Origin: Callorhinchus milii
Taxonomy: Eukaryota
Direction: 5' to 3'
DNA: 64,000 nucleotides
Assembly (NCBI RefSeq): GCF_018977255.1
Contig: NW_024704769.1
Coordinates: forward strand, 2,232,001-2,296,000
This document shows, piece by piece, positions 62,518 to 64,000 of the stretch. The notes below the pieces were generated by a model. It had not been told where the DNA came from, ran no database searches, and was given only the letters and a program-made list of their open reading frames with translations. Position 1 is the stretch's first letter, and each line of letters begins with the position of its first letter. The translations under genes were made by a program, and so were the position numbers.

Positions 62518-63144
62518 CTGAGGTATCACAGAGCAGTGGCTCACACAACACACACACACACACGCACCTCGATAACGGTCGCAATCCTATCACGTCTTCA
62601 GGCGCTTCACAGAACCTACTCTAAAGCGCAGTGACTGTGTGGTGGAGAGTGCCCTCCCCGTGCCGACACCAGCACAACGCAGCAGACGCTTTAACGTAGA
62701 GGCCATTCAGCCCCTCAAGCCTGTTCCAACCAGTCTATTCATCCCGAACCAAGTCCTTTCAACCAAACCCCACGAATCCTCCCAACGTCCCGAGTTCAGT
62801 GTGAAGCGTCTCCAAACGTCCGCCCCCATCCTCTGGAATTCCATCCCCCCCAATCACTCCGCCTCGCCACCCCCCCCCACCCCCAACCTCCCCCCCCACC
62901 CCCCCCCCCCCACTCCTTCAACTATGCCATCGATCACAACCCCCCCCAACCTTCCTCTCCCCCTTCCCCCTCTCCCTCCCTGACCCCGGCTCGGGTCGGG
63001 AATGCCGTACGCCGTCCAAGCGCGGAAGGCGCTGTACACGTGTCATGTTGTTGTTGCTGTTGTTGCTGTTGTTGCTGTTGTTGTTGTTGTTGTTGTTGAC
63101 CGTCTCTCCAGTTTGGGAGATTCTCAGCGAAAACTGAATGGAGA

Positions 63145-63317
63145 CAGCGCCCTCCTGTGGCCACCGCCCCGCACGGCCGCTGCGATACCCGGTGTGGCCA
63201 CAGGAAGGCGCTGCGCCTCCACATCCTCCACGGCTGAGGCTCTCTCTGTGTGTGTGTGTGTGTGTGTGAGACCGACTCACAGACAATATGGGGGGACGCA
63301 GCGCCCTCCTGTGGCCA
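63145..63317. promoter_or_regulatory. Three CTCF-like motifs in an ADD2 intron
   Basis: TGGCCACAGGAGGGCGCTG on the minus strand at 63145-63163 and 63299-63317; TGGCCACAGGAAGGCGCTG on the plus strand at 63195-63213. Confidence 0.55.
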
Positions 63318-63390
63318 CATCACCACACGGCAGCCGCAGTGGGACATATGATGGTAATACTACTTGTATTACTGTACTACTTAATTAGCA

Positions 63391-63717
63391 ATAATAATAA
63401 TAATAATAATCCTCGCATTTGATATAGCGCTTTTCACGTCAGGAGGACGTCCCAAAGCGCTTCACAGAACACACTGTAAAGTGAATTGACTGTATATTTG
63501 TGGGCGAACGCGGCGGCCAATTGCGCACAGCAATGTCCCACAAACAGTCGTGGATTGAAAATGACCAATTTATTATTGTTTTGGGTGTTGGAGGGATTAT
63601 TATTAGGCTCTGTGTGGAGTAAGGAAACTTGCCCAAGGTTTCGCCCTCTGCCTGGAATTGAACTCCGGTCTCTCACTTGCAAAGCGAGTGCTCTAACCGC
63701 TGAGCTACAGGACTCCA
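63391..63717 (-). mobile_element. tRNA-derived Deu-domain SINE, full length
   Basis: Nearly identical to the copy at 52881-53207. Confidence 0.88.
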
Positions 63718-64000
63718 GTACTTCTTGTATGTAAGACAGCGCCTGAACACTTCATCCGGACGTCTCAAAGAGCTGCCCGGGATACACTGCAAAGTGTAGT
63801 GACTGCGCGGGCAAATGATTTGTGGCGCGACACACGGTCTCAGGAGTCACTGTGGGGCTGACTCTCCCGCCTGCATTAAAAGGTTCCTTATTATAACTTT
63901 CCCCACACCCCCACCTCACAATCACAATTCGGAGCTTATTGAGAACCCGGCTCCTTGAGGGTTAGGGTCAGTCGGGTGATAAACGACCGGGAGGAGGAGG

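Overview
Vertebrate genomic DNA, GC-rich, with short introns and many microsatellites. The repeat content (Deu-domain tRNA-SINEs, L2/CR1/Tx1 LINE fragments, Penelope remnants) points to a cartilaginous fish, possibly a holocephalan; this is inference. Spliced genes were reconstructed by hand from GT-AG boundaries with consistent exon phases. They are: a single-coding-exon prion-family, Shadoo-sized GPI-anchored gene (4009-4389, -); ASPDH exons 1-4 (+); ARID5A exons 1-6 (-); DBNL; complete SNRNP27 (+); and the last six exons of ADD2 (-). Two 25-N gaps (12923-12947, 48084-48108) hide the 3' ends of ASPDH and ARID5A and probably the 5' exons of DBNL. The most notable items are (1) the Shadoo/PrP-intermediate gene with PRNP-like exon architecture and an intronic cluster of PAR-bZIP D-boxes, and (2) DBNL split between opposite strands, a ~6.5 kb block flipped by misassembly or real inversion. 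Most ORFs in the supplied track are spurious microsatellite or repeat translations.
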